From contig JBCCHT010000079.1 in the NCBI GenBank assembly GCA_039028615.1, positions 1 through 21,178 on the forward strand: 21,178 nt of DNA, written 5' to 3'. The translations under genes and the position numbers were made by a program. A model generated the notes under the pieces. That model saw nothing but the letters and a program-made list of their open reading frames with translations. It was not told the origin of the DNA and ran no database searches. Positions 21,165-21,178 of this stretch are shown in pieces. How positions within the stretch are numbered: position 1 is the first letter of the stretch; every line of letters begins with the position of its first letter. Origin of the DNA: Myxococcota bacterium (GTDB lineage: Bacteria > Myxococcota_A > Polyangia > Nannocystales > Nannocystaceae).

Positions 21165-21178
21165 GAAGCCAGTGTCCC

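Overview
GC-rich bacterial DNA, probably from a myxobacterium (inferred from the Cys-rich repeat lipoprotein, low-complexity lipoproteins and codon bias). In order, the window holds: an AlkD-like DNA alkylation repair gene with a Lys-rich (KKKTSA)n tail (minus strand, runs off the left edge, absent from the ORF track); a divergent MacroD/YmdB-type macrodomain gene; a candidate 34-aa membrane microprotein; and a reductive pyrimidine catabolism set on the minus strand. That set (nitrilase-type beta-ureidopropionase, dihydropyrimidinase, NCS1 transporter, CoA-acylating (methyl)malonate-semialdehyde dehydrogenase) is split in two by a convergent pair of large lipoprotein genes: a 2009-aa alpha-2-macroglobulin and a ten-repeat Cys-rich protein ending in a proprotein-convertase P-domain. 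Next come a translationally coupled pair (signal-less BtuF-fold protein; DUF5522-like Cys knuckle fused to a Dph6/DUF71-type ATP pyrophosphatase) and a divergent His/Asp-rich lipoprotein preceded by a TGCAA-N5-TTGCA palindrome. A hybrid histidine kinase coupled to an FAD-dependent monooxygenase closes the window. I saw no rRNA, tRNA, CRISPR array or mobile element. The best candidate for an uncharacterised system is the 16.0-18.3 kb module, a possible corrinoid/metal salvage or repair unit. All family calls come from motif recognition by eye, not database searches.
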